A stretch of 64,000 nucleotides of DNA, from positions 310,001 to 374,000 of the forward strand of contig NW_027363019.1 of assembly GCF_046119375.1 (NCBI RefSeq). Direction: 5' to 3'. The stretch is from Phyllobates terribilis. Its lineage: Eukaryota. The stretch's first letter is position 1; the number at the start of each line of letters is the position of its first letter. A program made the translations under genes and the position numbers. The notes under the pieces are model-generated. The model did no database searches. It saw only the letters and a program-made list of their open reading frames with translations, and was not told where the DNA came from. Below are positions 45,866 to 57,044 of this stretch, one piece after another.

Positions 45866-47599
45866 ATGGATCTATCAGCTCTCGTTCCTGCGGATCCGCC
45901 ACGTTACTATGGGGATCCAAGACAGTGTCGTGCATTTGTGGAGCAATGCATGCTACACTTTAAGGCCTACCCTCTTTATTTTCCTTCCGATTGGGCTAAA
46001 GTGGCCTTTATGATGTCTTACCTGGCGGGTGATGCCTTGGAATGGATCAACCCCCTATATGAAACACAGGATCCGATCCTCCGGGACCTAATGGCCTTCC
46101 TGGTGGCCTTTCTAATGGTCTTCGATGATCCTAACCCGGAGGCTCCTGCTGAAGCTTCACTTCCCAATATCCCGGAGCAGCCCCAATGGGTAATGTGTGT
46201 GGGTAGCGCAATAGTCCTCCAGCCCAATGAGACTACTGCCCACCCAGAATCCTCACAGGGTGACTACGCTTTCCGGAATACTTCTCTCAACCTCAAGAGG
46301 CAGTCCAGACGTGCTAGACTTAGAGGCAAGCCGTCACGCCAGGGTCTGTCCTCCCTGAGACCTCCTGACCCCAACCTTGAAGTCCCTACTGAAGCTTCAT
46401 CTCCCTGTATCCCGGAGAAACCCCAATGGGTAATGTGCGTGTGTAGTGCACCAGTTCTCCTGCCCGAAGAGACTTCTGCCCATCCAGACTCCACACAGGA
46501 GAACTTCCTGCACCCGGCATCAGTTGCTTCTCTCTCTTTAACCGGTGTGCATGTCCAAGGATGCTCCAAAGCTGTGGTTACCTCAGAGTCTGTGCACCTC
46601 TACTACCTGGCGGAGGATCCCCTGTTGCCTCCAGAATCCTCCGGGATACCTCTCGATGACAAATGGAGAGAGACTTCTCTACACCCGGTACTCAATACTT
46701 TGTCCGCTTCGTCCTGTGAGCCTGACAATGGGTACCCCAAAGTGGTAGTTACCCCCGAGTCTCTACACCCCTCCGACCAGGCGGAGGATCTCCAGTTGTC
46801 TCCTGAACCCTTCGGGGTGCTACCTGGTAGCGAAAGGACAGAGACTCTCCTATACTCTGTACCTGATACCTCGCTCGCTTCGTCCAGTGAGTCCAACCTA
46901 GTGTACTCCGAAGCAGAGGTTACTCCCGAGTCTCTACACCCCTCCGACCAGGCGGAGGACCTCCAGTTGTGTTCAGAACCCTTTGGGGTGCCACCTGGTG
47001 GTGAAAGGACAGAGACTCTCCTATACTCTGTACCTGATACCTCGCTCGCTTCGTCCAGTGAGTCCAACCTAGTGTACTCCGAAGCAGAGGTTACTCCCAA
47101 GTCTCTACACCCCTCCGACCAGGCGGAGGACCTCCAGTTGTGTTCAGAACCCTTCGGGGTGCCACCTGGTGGTGAATGGACAGAGACTTTCCTATACTCG
47201 GTACCCGATACCTCGCCTGCTTCCTCCAGTGAGTCCGACCTAATGTACCTCGAAGCAGAGATTACCCTCAAGTCTCTGTCCCCCTCCAACCCAGTGAACG
47301 ACTGGTCCTCGAATTCCCTGCGGAAGATTCTGGCAGGCCTGAAGAAGAGGGGGCGTAAGGGGGGAGGTACTGTAACATACCTGGCGGCGTCCTTGCATGG
47401 TGGTCCATCTCCCACTGTGCAAGAGAGCGCACTTGATCTCCTGTCCAGAATGTCTCTCTGGCTTCCCTCCATGCTGTCTGTTTGTGTCTGTCTCTGCTGC
47501 TTAAGGGCGGCGCCCGATCACTTCCTGCTTTTTGTACCTGCTGTGGGTCACGCCCCTTGTGCGTCCTCAGCCTATTGCTGTCTGACACTTGGTATATAG
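45866..47599 (+). CDS. Gag-derived protein, 577 aa (copy B; two fewer 57-aa repeats than copy A)
   Basis: Intact ORF; 691-577 = 114 = 2 x 57; the stop TAG overlaps the U3 TATA box of the 3' LTR. Confidence 0.75.
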   Translation: MDLSALVPADPPRYYGDPRQCRAFVEQCMLHFKAYPLYFPSDWAKVAFMMSYLAGDALEWINPLYETQDPILRDLMAFLVAFLMVFDDPNPEAPAEASLPNIPEQPQWVMCVGSAIVLQPNETTAHPESSQGDYAFRNTSLNLKRQSRRARLRGKPSRQGLSSLRPPDPNLEVPTEASSPCIPEKPQWVMCVCSAPVLLPEETSAHPDSTQENFLHPASVASLSLTGVHVQGCSKAVVTSESVHLYYLAEDPLLPPESSGIPLDDKWRETSLHPVLNTLSASSCEPDNGYPKVVVTPESLHPSDQAEDLQLSPEPFGVLPGSERTETLLYSVPDTSLASSSESNLVYSEAEVTPESLHPSDQAEDLQLCSEPFGVPPGGERTETLLYSVPDTSLASSSESNLVYSEAEVTPKSLHPSDQAEDLQLCSEPFGVPPGGEWTETFLYSVPDTSPASSSESDLMYLEAEITLKSLSPSNPVNDWSSNSLRKILAGLKKRGRKGGGTVTYLAASLHGGPSPTVQESALDLLSRMSLWLPSMLSVCVCLCCLRAAPDHFLLFVPAVGHAPCASSAYCCLTLGI

Positions 47600-50500
47600 C
47601 TCAGCAGCTCCCTTCTATCCCTGCCTGAGCATAGTGTTTCCTTCAGTGTGTGCTTGCACTCTGAAGGTGCCAGGTCCCGTCTTTGTTTCCTTGTCTGCCT
47701 TTCCTGGAGGCTGTATTTCCAGGCCTGTCTGAACTTAGTCCTGTATGTCTCCTGCTTTGCGGTATCAGCTCCCGTGTCTGAACTGTGTCCTGTATGTCTC
47801 CTGCTTTGCGGTATCAGCTCCCGTGTCTGAACTGACTCCTGTATGTCTCCTGCTTTGCGGTATTAGTTCCCGTGTCTGAACTGAGTCCTGTATGTCTCCT
47901 GCTTTGCGGTATTAGTTCCCGTGTCTGAACTGAGTCCTGTATGTCTCCTGCTTTGCGGTATCAGCTCCCGTGTCTGAACTGAGTCCTGTATGTCTCCTGC
48001 TTTGCGGTATTAGTTCCCGTGTCTGAACTGAGTCCTTTCTGTGTTCTCTTGTCTGTCCCGTCTGAACACGCTCCTAGCCTGTTCCTCCCGCCTTCTAGGG
48101 GCCGATTACCTAGACCCGCTCCTGTATCTTGTCTGTCCTGTCTGAACACGCTCCTTGCCTGTTCGTCCCGCCTCTCTGGGGGCAGTATTCCCAGACCCGC
48201 TCCTGTATCCCGCTGCAGTGTCGGTCTCCTCCGTACACTCAGTTCCAGTCTGAACTCTCTCCTATCCTTTACCTGTTTTGCCTCTATGTCCGTTCCCTTC
48301 CTTTTTCTGCAGAGTCTGAACTCGTACCTAACTCCTGCCTGTTGTCTCTGTACTCCCGTTTGTGAGTTTGTGGTCCACTCGCTACTTCACTGCAAGTACC
48401 CTGTGGGTGTCTGGCTCTGTCTTTCCCTTCCTGTCTGTTCCGTGTGAACAGAGTCCTGTCCTGCCCTGCTTCTGCCCGCTGCTCCGGCAGTCCTGTCCTG
48501 CCCTGCTTCTGCCCGCTGCTCCGGCAGTCCTGTCCTGCCCTGCTTCTGCCCGCTGCTCCGGCAGTCCAGTCCTGCCCTGCTTCTGCCCGCTGCTCCGGCA
48601 GTCCTGTCCTGCCCTGCCTGTACCCCTCTGCCTGTAATGTTCCTGAGTCCCAGTGTGTACTGGGCCCTATCCCGCCTGTGTTCCTACCTGCTAGTGCCTC
48701 CCTGTCTGCACTCTAGCTGTGCTTGCCTGTAACCCTCTGCCTGTATTGTTCCTGAGTCCCGGTGTGTACTGGGTCCTATCCCGCCTGTGTTCCTATCTGC
48801 TAGTGCCTCCCTGTCTGCACTCTAGCTGTGCTTGCCTTTACCCCCCTGCCTGCATACCCGCCTGCCTGCATACCAGTCTGTGTGCCAGCCTACCAGCCTG
48901 TTCCTGTATTCCCCTGTGTGGGTCAACAGCCGTGTCCGGGGTCTGTCCTGGAGTAGCACCTGGTCCCTCTGCTCGGTTCCTCCTTGGTGCACTGGCGTCG
49001 TATGCCGTCGTGCGACCCTGGTCGGATCGGGTGAATACTTAGTCACGCCCCTCCAGGCATTCACTCTCCGGCACGGTCCAGTGGAATCACTACCAATCAC
49101 ACGCACACGCCGCTTAGCCCGGGCGTGTGCATAACAGGAGTCTATATATGATAACCGTATAGTCACTTCTCAGTCTCAGGGTGGACGGTCGTTTTATCAC
49201 TCAACTTGTGCAGCTCATGAAGAGAGAAAAATTCTAAAAAATAACAGCAGAATAAAGATGATAAAGTAACAAGATGAGAAATACAACTCATCCCCCACAA
49301 AAAAGCTCCTCATACAGCGAGGTCAGTAATGAGAAATAAACGATCAAGAATGGAAGAAACAATCCAACAGAGGCCGGACAGACATCTGTCTGAGATGGTG
49401 AGTCCTGCATTGAGCAGGGGGCTGGATACGGGGACCCTGGAGGTGGTCCCCTCCAACCAGAACATTCTAGGATTGTAAGTTGTTTGGTCATTTTATCTGT
49501 AAATCATTTCCCCCATTATCGGCCTTACAGATACATTATTTTATTGATTTTTTTACTTTCTCGTCCTCTCATTTCCGGAGTCATAATGTTATTGGTCACT
49601 AAGCTGTGCAGTTCTTCTGCTATTCACCCTATAAATGTAAGAAAATACTGACAACTGGGCGTTACCATTGTTCCCCTACATTGTCCAATCAGCGCTGAGT
49701 GTCAGAAGTGTGGGGACACATGTATGGAGAACGGTGACACCCGGTTATCATGTCATTCATAAATGTCGGAGGAACGGCCGGGAATCTGAGCAGCAGTTTC
49801 TTTCTTTGGTAACAATTCTTGTCGGAAAAAGAATTTCATCCAATTTATTGGTAAAAAAACAAAAACAAAAAAACTTAAAACTTTCGGAACCTGGATGAGG
49901 ACGTCTTCTTACCTTCTTTTGGTAATTTATATATTTTACTGTTGGAAAGAGAATTATTTATTCACGTTAGAGGCTCAGATGGGGGGACGATTCCTAGACG
50001 ACATCTTGTTTGTCTGGAGAGACCGAGAGTGAAGATTCTTCTAAAGGGACGTTCCCAAAATCACAATGTGCTCTTATAATAAAGTACACCCTGGTTATTG
50101 TGAATATAACCCCTGTATAACATCTGGCCTCTCCTGCACATATCACCCCCTGAGTATGCCCCCCAGGATCTATATACCCAGCAGTTGTCATTGTAACCAA
50201 TACATACCGAGGAGCCACATGTTATACACTGGGGGGTGGGACAGGGCTGGATGTTATACACCGGGGGGACAACAGGGCCTGAAGGAGAAGCCAGAATGCA
50301 GTGATTAATGCGGGTGGCCCAATACTATTCTCCATATAGTGAATCTCTCCATATTACAAGATTCACCATAAATGAGACGCTGACAGGGGATATAATCCGT
50401 GCATGGTGAAGGGCGCCCCCTCTGGGTAGTATTTAGTCTCCATGTTTATACGTTGATTGAACCAGAACTCAAAAACCAACATGATGTCAGATAACGACAA

Positions 50501-51281
50501 CTCTAGATGCGGCCATCGCAGCTGTTTGTAGATACGAGCTCCTAATCCCTTTTATGATGAAGCAATTCTCCACCCGGCACAGAGGACTAAACATCTGTCA
50601 TGTACTGTCACCTACCTGGTGTCCTCCGCTTGTCTCCGACTGAGACCGGTGTTCTGGTCCTCCTACATCCAAGATGGCCTCCATAGTGGCAGAGGGACAA
50701 CAGCCGTATGTCTGACCCACACCTCCATAGCACGGCACTTACTGACTTACCATAGGGGTCTTCATGCCACCGGGCGGCCGGCCTGGATGAGGAGGGACCA
50801 GAACGCCGGCCTCAGTGTAGGAGGCAGTGGGAGCAAACAGAGGCGACAGGTAGGACGACTCTACATGTGACATGTGTCGTCACTCGTCAGCACCAGACAG
50901 TGGCTGCTACATCCCCGAGATCCATAGGATGGGGAGATTCATAACCTGGAGCACAAGCTCAGTCATTTATATGGCAGCACGGACTTGTGTAAGGAAAATA
51001 TGGACGTAAAGGATGGAAAGAATATTATAGAAGGTAAAGGAAAACTAATATGTGCTTCCTAAATCATAAAGAAGAGGTGTGAAGGCGGCCCCGGTATTCA
51101 TTGGTGCACAGCCGGACTCTACAGGAGCAGCCGCGCCATCACCGGACGCTTCTGCTGTGATGTGGACAGCGGATAAAGCTTCACTGTACCGGAGACTTCA
51201 TACAATATCACACACCGGTCATCATCATCATCACACGCCGGTCGTCATCATCATCATCACACGCCGGTCATTATTACATAC

Positions 51282-51399
51282 CTGTGGAAACATCTACCGG
51301 AATCTCCTCCTTCCCGTCACTCACACACGGCTGATCCCCCCCCGTCATCGCTTCTTCTTCTGTCTCGTCCTTCACTTTATTCTTAGTTGGATCTTCCTC
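51282..51399 (-). CDS. ZNF linker exon E (EEDPTKNKV...EEIPVDVST-G), 118 bp, phase 0>1
   Basis: Acceptor ATCAG|GAG and donor ACAG|GTATGT; in frame with its neighbours. Confidence 0.8.
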
Positions 51400-51521
51400 C
51401 TGATATATCAGATGTAACAATCAGCACAATACAAGAAACCACCAAAATCTGTGACATCTATGACCTTGATCAGAAATGTCCCCCCATATACAGATCCGGT
51501 ACAGGGCTCAGCACAGTCTAC

Positions 51522-51619
51522 CTGATGACTCTCCGTGACATTGTGATTCTCCTCTGGACAGTCCTGGGAATACAGAGGACGTGGATATCTCTCTGGTGGA
51601 TTTCTCCTCCTGAATCCAT
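51522..51619 (-). CDS. ZNF linker exon D (DGFRRRNPPERYPRPLYSQDCPEENHNVTESHQ), 98 bp, phase 1>0
   Basis: Acceptor TTCCTACAG|AT and donor CAG|GTAGAC. Confidence 0.85.
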
Positions 51620-51658
51620 CTGTAGGAAACACACAGTGACGGAATAGATTGTGTCATG

Positions 51659-52249
51659 TGTGGCAAAGTCACTGGTAAAGTGATAGAGGGAAGATATATT
51701 TCATGGAGGCTATTAGCTTCTGTGAATTGAAACCATGAAATTTGCTCCAACATGTTATTTGCTTAAAGAGGTTAAACTTCCATGTTAAAAGGGAGTGTTT
51801 TTTGTGAATGATCATTGTGAAGGGTGGGAGGTCATTCACCATATCTCCATCTCAGAGTGTGGTCTTTGATTTAAATACAAGTCCTACTGAGGCATTCAGT
51901 GTTCAGTGTCTGGAGAAGCTAGCTCCAGAGAGGATCTTGTGTTTGCTTTTCTTGAACCAAGTGGAGTTGCTGAACTCTCAGCAGGTGGATCCCTGCTATC
52001 ACAAAGACTGTGCTTTTGTGTTACCATTTTGCTTTGTTTCCTGTTTTGGCCAAAGGGCCGTGATTTCTTTTATGGACTCAGTGTTGGTTTATGCTGCATT
52101 TTAATAAACCAACGAGAACTTTTTGGCCAAAGGGCCGTGATTTCTTTTATGGACTCAGTGTTGGTTTATGCTGCATTTTAATAAACCAAGGAGAAGTTTT
52201 TAAAGAAACAGTGTACCTGTGTCTACCTCCGTGTGAGCGATCTACAACA
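51659..52249 (+). mobile_element. Solo LTR in ZNF intron C-D
   Basis: TGTGGCAAAG...CTACAACA; 4-bp TSD CATG at 51655-51658 and 52250-52253; internal ~76-bp tandem duplication containing AATAAA (52045-52190). Confidence 0.9.
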
Positions 52250-52319
52250 CATGTTATGATGAAATTATGGGAGTAGTAGTAGGTGACCACAGAACAGACA
52301 TGACAGTCTCCCTCCTCAC

Positions 52320-52398
52320 CCTGCTGATCGGCCCATATTGCGATCGCCTCTTGTGCTCCATGTATAACCTCAACCTTAATATCAACCAGATCTTCACC
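52320..52398 (-). CDS. ZNF linker exon C (GEDLVDIKVEVIHGAQEAIAIWADQQ-G), 79 bp, phase 0>1
   Basis: Acceptor TTTTTATTTTTAG|GG and donor G|GTGAGG. Confidence 0.8.
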
Positions 52399-52476
52399 CT
52401 AAAAATAAAAATGTAAGATGAGCTCAGGTCCCATCACTTCATGGTCCGATGTTGTGGGGACTTCAGTGTCATCTAC

Positions 52477-52574
52477 CTGATGATCCTCCGGGATGTTGTG
52501 ATTCTCCTCTGGACAGTCCTGTGAATACAGAGGACGGGAACATCTCTCTGGTGGATTTCTCCTCCTGGATCCAT
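52477..52574 (-). CDS. ZNF linker exon B (DGSRRRNPPERCSRPLYSQDCPEENHNIPEDHQ), 98 bp, phase 1>0
   Basis: Acceptor CTCCACAG|AT and donor CAG|GTAGAT. Confidence 0.85.
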
Positions 52575-52700
52575 CTGTGGAGACACAGAGACTGAATACA
52601 TGACCTGCCGTGTATCTGTCTATATATGAGACTCATCTCTCAGAACCAGTAATTCTATGTTTATGTATCAGGGAATAAATTACATTGTTGTGGTCCTCAC

Positions 52701-52804
52701 CACCGGTACCGAGGTCCCAGCACATTGTGGACCTCAAGTATGAAGTGATAATCAGCAAGGCCAAAGCCTAATGCTCTCTGCTCTGCACTCGGAGGATGAG
52801 GACC
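52701..52804 (-). other. Possible alternative exon with a short start (MCWDLGTG-) that would splice in frame to exon B
   Basis: Acceptor CTCTCCTCAG|GG and donor G|GTGAGG; in-frame TAG upstream of the ATG. Confidence 0.35.
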
Positions 52805-53460
52805 CTGAGGAGAGGGACAGAGAAGACCCTCGTCAGTCAGATGGAGGAGCCGTACTAAGAAACACAACTTCTCCAACTTTCGTCTCCAGGGATGGAACCA
52901 CAGAGGAGCTGGAGAAAGCTCCACATTTCTATCCATCGGTTTCTTCTCTCCTAATTCACTGTATGGAGATTGGGGGAAGGACGGTGACCATTTACCAGTG
53001 ATTGTATTTTGAGAGCTCATGATGTCACCATGAGGACACGGCCTCCCTCCTGGACAGGATCCTCTGGGATCTCTCTAAGGGGAGAGAACCTTCCGTTCTA
53101 TTAAAAGACGAGTTACCGCTTTTTTATTCTTCTTTAAATAGAGAGAAATCTCCACATCCGCCTCGATATAAACACTAAAATAGGCAGCAAGTGCGCGGAA
53201 AGTTCTGCGTTTGTCTCTGAAGGAGGAAAAAAGGGCACATGTACGGCTGACGGATGAAGTCACAGAACCCGGAAGGACGGTGTTGTGGGGAGTACCCGGT
53301 ACACAGCGGTTAGCACCTATCAATGTGTAGAAAGGACAACTAGAGAGCCGGCACCGGGGTCATGGGCGCTTACTGATGCACACGGGGAGCCAAGGAGAGA
53401 TTGTCTGGTCAGACTCCACAGAAAAGTTCTATAATACATATTCTTCTGACAAACATCCCT

Positions 53461-53850
53461 TTAACCCCGTCACTCTCGCGTCTGTTTTCACCTTCCTGAC
53501 CGGGCCAATTTTTTACAATTCTGAGCACTGTCACTTTATGGAGGTAATAACTCTGGAGCTTCAACGGATCCCGCTGATTCTGAAACTGTTTTTTCGTGAC
53601 ACATTGTGCTTCATGTTACTGGTAAATTTAGGATTTGGCTTTTTTTTTGCGTTTATTTATGAAAATATCGAAAATTTTACAAAAAAAATGTTGGACTTTT
53701 AATTTTTCTGCCTTTAAACCAGATATGTATTAACTATTTTGTATGGTATAACTAACATTTACCACATGTCTACTTCACATCAGATTTATTTTTTTGGGTA
53801 AAAGTTTAATCAGCAATTTCTTATTTTTCAAACAAAATTTACAAAACCAA
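53461..53850 (+). mobile_element. Left end of a piggyBac-like non-autonomous element
   Basis: TTAA|CCCC start followed by AT-rich sequence; right end not found. Confidence 0.5.
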
Positions 53851-54459
53851 TTTTAAGTTTCCTCCTTTCTCCCCTTTTGCATTTTAAGTCTGCAGTCCTG
53901 CTCCCCAATACTTATATCTATGGCCAGTTTGACGTCAATCAGCCGTTACTAACATGTCGCATTTAAGGGATCGCACTCATCGGCTGAAATAAAATTGGTC
54001 GGATATTCCTGAAAAGTAGGATGATTGTCTTGCGAGTACGATGCGACTTCTCTCACCTGTCTCGCATCTGTATGACATCCGTATCAAACGCGTTTATAAC
54101 ATCAGCTTTTACAGACGGTCATTCTCTGACATTTCAGGCTAATTTTCTAACTAATAAAACATTTTTTTATAGATGTAGAAAGATAGAAATGAGTCAGTGA
54201 GATATATCATCAGTGCAGGGCGTGTGGAGCTGCTGTACATGGATTTAGCTAATAATTAAAGAATTTAAAGTAAAAAAAGCAAAGGGGGAAAGCGGACAGC
54301 TGATGCTTATAGTCTGGGAAGCGGGTAATAAACATTAATATACATAGATCTTCCCAGGGGATTAATATTAACATCTGCGTAGCCTTTACTGGTTATTAAC
54401 AAGGGGTGACCCCCTCCCAAAAAAATGATGTGGGGGCCCCTTCTATTTTTAATAACCAG

Positions 54460-55545
54460 AAAAGGCTAGGCAGACAGCTGCAGGCTGGTATTAATAGCCT
54501 AGGAAGGGGCCACGCATATTGTACCCCCTCCCAAACTAATAACATCAGCCTGCAGCCGCCCAAAAAATGGCGCATCCATTAGCCTCGGCTCTTCCCACTT
54601 TCCCTGGTGCAGTGGCAAATGGGGTAATAATATTGGGGTTGATGTCAGCTTTGTAATGTCAGCTGATCTCAAGCCCAGGGTTAGTAATGGAGAGGCGTCT
54701 ACAAGACACCCACATTACTAACCTCCATCAGTTTAAGTAAAAAACACATACACAGAGCAAAGTCCTTTATTTGAACAAAACACTTCCCGACCCTTTTACC
54801 CATTTAATAATATCCAAAGAAAAATAAAAAAAAACAAAGTCATCCTGAACTGTCGGCAGATAATCCATACTGATGTCCCGTGACGAACTCCAGCTCTGCT
54901 ACATCTGTATGGTGTGTTGAGCGATGGCTCAGCCCGCCAGCCAGGACACACTGGTCAGTGCAGCGAGCAGTGACGTCAGTAAGGTGACCAGAGCTCATCG
55001 GCTATGAACTCCGGTGACCTTAGTCAGATCAGCGCTAGACACTGCAGGAGCATTCTCACGCTACTGGCTTGCTGAGCGGTCACATCAAACAATCCAGATG
55101 TAGCACGGCTGGGGATTGTTGTTGGACAGCATCACATAAGGATTATCTGCGGACAGGTGAGGATTATTTTGTATTTTAATTTGATCTTTATAAAGGGTAA
55201 AAGAGGGTCTGGGAGTGTTCATTTCAATTAAAGGACTTTGCTTTGTGTGTGTGCTTTTTTAACTAAACTTACGGGGTTAGTAATGGGGGTGTCTTATAGA
55301 CGCCTCCCCATTACTAACCCCTGGGCTCGAAGTCAGCAAACATTACAAAGCTAACATCAACCCCAATAGTATTACCCCACTTGCCACCACACCAGGGCAA
55401 GTGGAAAGAGCCGAGGCTAGGCGCCAGAAATGGTGCATCTTATGGATGCGCCAATTCTTGGGCAGCTGAGTGCTGGTGTTCTTGCACTGGGAGGGGGACA
55501 ATATCCAATTCCCAGGCTATTAATATCAGCCGGCAGTTGTCTGTT
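54460..55545. mobile_element. Fold-back non-autonomous DNA element (nested inverted repeats)
   Basis: 54460-54730 is the imperfect reverse complement of 55265-55545; inner IR at ~54885-55110 around TGACGTCA (~54972). Confidence 0.65.
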
Positions 55546-56079
55546 TAGCCTTTGCTGGTTGGGTCCCTGGTTTCCTGCACTGCTGGTAACATTACCATTA
55601 TGTCTATCTATTGTGTCCTATTGCACTTGGTCTGTTGATGCTTATTTGTATCACCTTTGCCCAGCATACTGACTGAACCTATCACTTTATATGTTTATTA
55701 CTATATCCTTTATGTCTATGAGGTATAATGCTTACTTGTGATAGTGTTTCTCTAGTCAGAAACTTTTTCATTATAATGATATAAATAACTGATATTATAT
55801 ATTACTTATGTGATGTATGCTATGGACCTTTACTCTCTAACATATAATTGGACCCATATTTCGTATTTACTTAATAGGATAATTTCACCTTTGGTCTGGG
55901 CCTTAGATGTAGCAGTGCAGTACACCAAGTGTTATATCCAGGTATACCACCATTGTTCTTCCTGAACTTGTACCTCACTTTTCGTATATATTGTATTTGT
56001 ATATGAATACATATGGTATTCCTCTATATGTTTTTTTTTTATTTGTTAATAATAAAGATATATTTTTAGGCCTTTGAAG

Positions 56080-56680
56080 AAAACGCTTCATCTCTTTAGT
56101 GACAGTAATTAACAGAGGCTGAAGTTACAGTTCTATCCAAAGGCTTAACCTTCTCCCCGACAATTGAGTTTGACGTTCATAGAACTTTATTAGATGTGAA
56201 TAAGTTTGTGAGAACTTTCACTTTGCGTTGTCATTTCATGGTCAATGAACAGAATGAGAACATGGAGAACTCGTTACAAGAAGTTTCTCATGATGATGTT
56301 CCCAATAGAACTGGAACTTTTGATGAACAGAGTTCACTTCTTGATCATAAAACTCCAGCGATTCAACACAACAGACAGTTACTTTCAATCGTTTGTTATA
56401 AAAAAAAAATCTCTATTACTATCCGGTCAAGTCTCGTCCACCAGTCTTGGATGTTTTCTAGGAAATGATTGAAGATCAACTACTTACATTAAAAAGGAAC
56501 ACAAAATTTCAAGGACAGAAATATCATAATCTAATGATATCAGAGCAACGAGCTCTGAAAGAACTTAACGAGAACTCTGACCTCCTCATAAGGAAAGCAA
56601 AGGACGATCCGCTGTTATATTGAATGTGGGACTTTATGAAAAATTCCATTGGGAAATCTGCAGACAAAATGTGAAGGAAG
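56080..56680 (+). pseudogene. Penelope-like RT N-terminal fragment
   Basis: E.TVLSKGLTFSPT.EFD...LLDVNKFVR (56120-56230) and IRKA.KG.SAVILN (56588-56630). Confidence 0.6.
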
Positions 56681-56902
56681 GTGAAAGATTCTGAAAGAAG
56701 CTGCCGAGGACGAAGACTCAAGACTGATGAAGACGACAGCGGAGAAACCGCGACTCACAGATCAGAAGAGAAGAATCAGGGAATGAAAGCTGTGAGAAAA
56801 TGTAGAGAAAACCAGAGCAAGTCTGGAGAAAAATCATCTATTATAGGACGAGGCCGAGAGACGTCATCACATCCACCGGAGCCAACAAGAGTCTCCTCTC
56901 AC

Positions 56903-57026
56903 CTGGTGATGTCAGAGGCCGGAGCTCCTCCATCATCACCTCCTGGTACCGATCCTGGTGTCCTTCTAGATACTCCCACTCCTCCATGGAGAGATAGACA
57001 GCGACGTCCTGACACCTTATAGGAAC
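56903..57026 (-). CDS. ZNF KRAB-A-like exon ([41 protein letters not shown]), 124 bp, phase 0>1
   Basis: Acceptor GTTGTCAG|GTT and donor CCAG|GTGAGA. Exons sum to 124+98+79+98+118+1877 = 2394 nt, 798 codons in frame. Confidence 0.88.
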
Positions 57027-57044
57027 CTGACAACAACGACACCG

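Larger units (their letters stand above)
43961..49136 (+). mobile_element. Non-autonomous, pol-less (gag-only) LTR retroelement, copy B, in the last ZNF intron
   Basis: 1766-bp LTRs at 43961-45726 and 47371-49136 (~3 substitutions seen). 5-bp TSD GGAGT at 43956-43960 and 49137-49141. PPT at 47345-47370. Internal region of 1644 bp. Confidence 0.95.

Noticed and set aside
45866-47599. A domesticated host gene orthologous to LDOC1/RTL
   Set aside because: Both copies have near-identical LTRs, a PPT and their own TSDs, so they are recent mobile insertions and not fixed host genes.
43961-49136. Assembly duplication of 21209-25857
   Set aside because: Different TSDs, orientation, LTR lengths, repeat counts and a diverged capsid block.
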